A stretch of 64,000 nucleotides of DNA from Selaginella moellendorffii (taxonomy: Eukaryota; Plantae; Lycopodiophyta). Below the pieces are notes generated by a model. That model ran no database searches, was not told the origin of the DNA, and saw only the letters and a list, made by a program, of their open reading frames with translations. Within the stretch, counting starts at the first letter, position 1; each line of letters opens with the position of its first letter. This document shows, piece by piece, positions 63,599 through 64,000 of this stretch. The position numbers were made by a program, and so were the translations under genes. The DNA is taken from positions 260,300 through 324,299 of the forward strand of contig NW_003314309.1 of the NCBI RefSeq assembly GCF_000143415.4, read 5' to 3'.

Positions 63599-64000
63599 TC
63601 ACTTGAGAAGATTCACCAGCCGGCTTAGAGCGAACAAAGTCGTGCAGAGGCTGAGAAGGAACCCGGCGATGAGAATCCAATCCAGGGAGTAAAGTCTGGT
63701 GGCACGACTCGATGACTTTCCGGCCGCCGTGACAACCAAGGTCGATCTTTTGTCCTCAAATCTGTGTCTTAGTCCTCCGTTTTCTTGCGTGCTCCTGTAC
63801 TCTTCCTCCTCTCGGTCATCTCCGGCGTGAGATTTGCACGAACAGTCATCGCAGCACGGAGCTGTTCGTGTCGTTGTTACAGCATCGCAATCACTTTGAC
63901 AAGCGCTCGCACAAACTTGCTCGCCACGGCCAGCTCGGATATCGCGATCGAAGGACGAGCCTTCTTCAGGAGCACGGCTGTGGTGATCACCATCGCACAG
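63599..64000 (-). CDS. 3' end of an unknown gene with a Cys-rich segment and a C-terminal TM anchor (partial)
   Basis: Open frame from the window edge: ...CASACQSDCD...CCDDCSCK...GLRHR...LDWILIAGFLLSLCTTLFALSRLVNLLK*. Confidence 0.55.
   Translation of the reverse strand: MCDGDHHSRAPEEGSSFDRDIRAGRGEQVCASACQSDCDAVTTTRTAPCCDDCSCKSHAGDDREEEEYRSTQENGGLRHRFEDKRSTLVVTAAGKSSSRATRLYSLDWILIAGFLLSLCTTLFALSRLVNLLK

Overview
This is eukaryotic, plant-type genomic DNA. It is very gene-dense, most introns are about 40-70 nt, and it carries a single-exon PLS-type PPR gene. That profile fits a compact lycophyte genome such as Selaginella (inference). Layout: (1) ~0.9-6.5 kb holds an unusual, apparently intact 11-exon gene (~1637 aa by my manual splicing). 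It combines a ParB/Srx-like domain, a degenerate beta-class N6/N4 DNA-methyltransferase-like fold, acidic and Pro-rich linkers, and an FCP1/SCP-like HAD phosphatase. About 12 copies of a ~24-bp palindrome (ATGGCRTG-N6-CAYGCCAT) are scattered through it, mostly inside its own introns. (2) ~6.9-13.9 kb is a decayed LTR retrotransposon (iMet PBS, one LTR, rearranged inverted and direct copies). (3) ~14-17.5 kb is AT-rich repeat debris. (4) 17.8-64 kb is a compact gene block: ING2, CJD1, HMA5-like Cu ATPase, MEE13-like coiled-coil, GMP synthase, alpha-expansin, a small secreted Cys/Trp-rich peptide missing from the ORF track, ABHD/EMB8-like hydrolase, PPR, a broken tRNA-Thr, a Crinkler/RHS-like NTPase+REase gene, PPR remnants, a divergent beta-tubulin, an ABCB pseudogene plus a full ABCB, Sec14, a GT23-like glycosyltransferase, a NATA-like GNAT, a SUO-like BAH-TFIIS gene, a nicotinamidase and a partial tail-anchored ORF. 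All splice models and homology calls were made by eye; no database searches were run.
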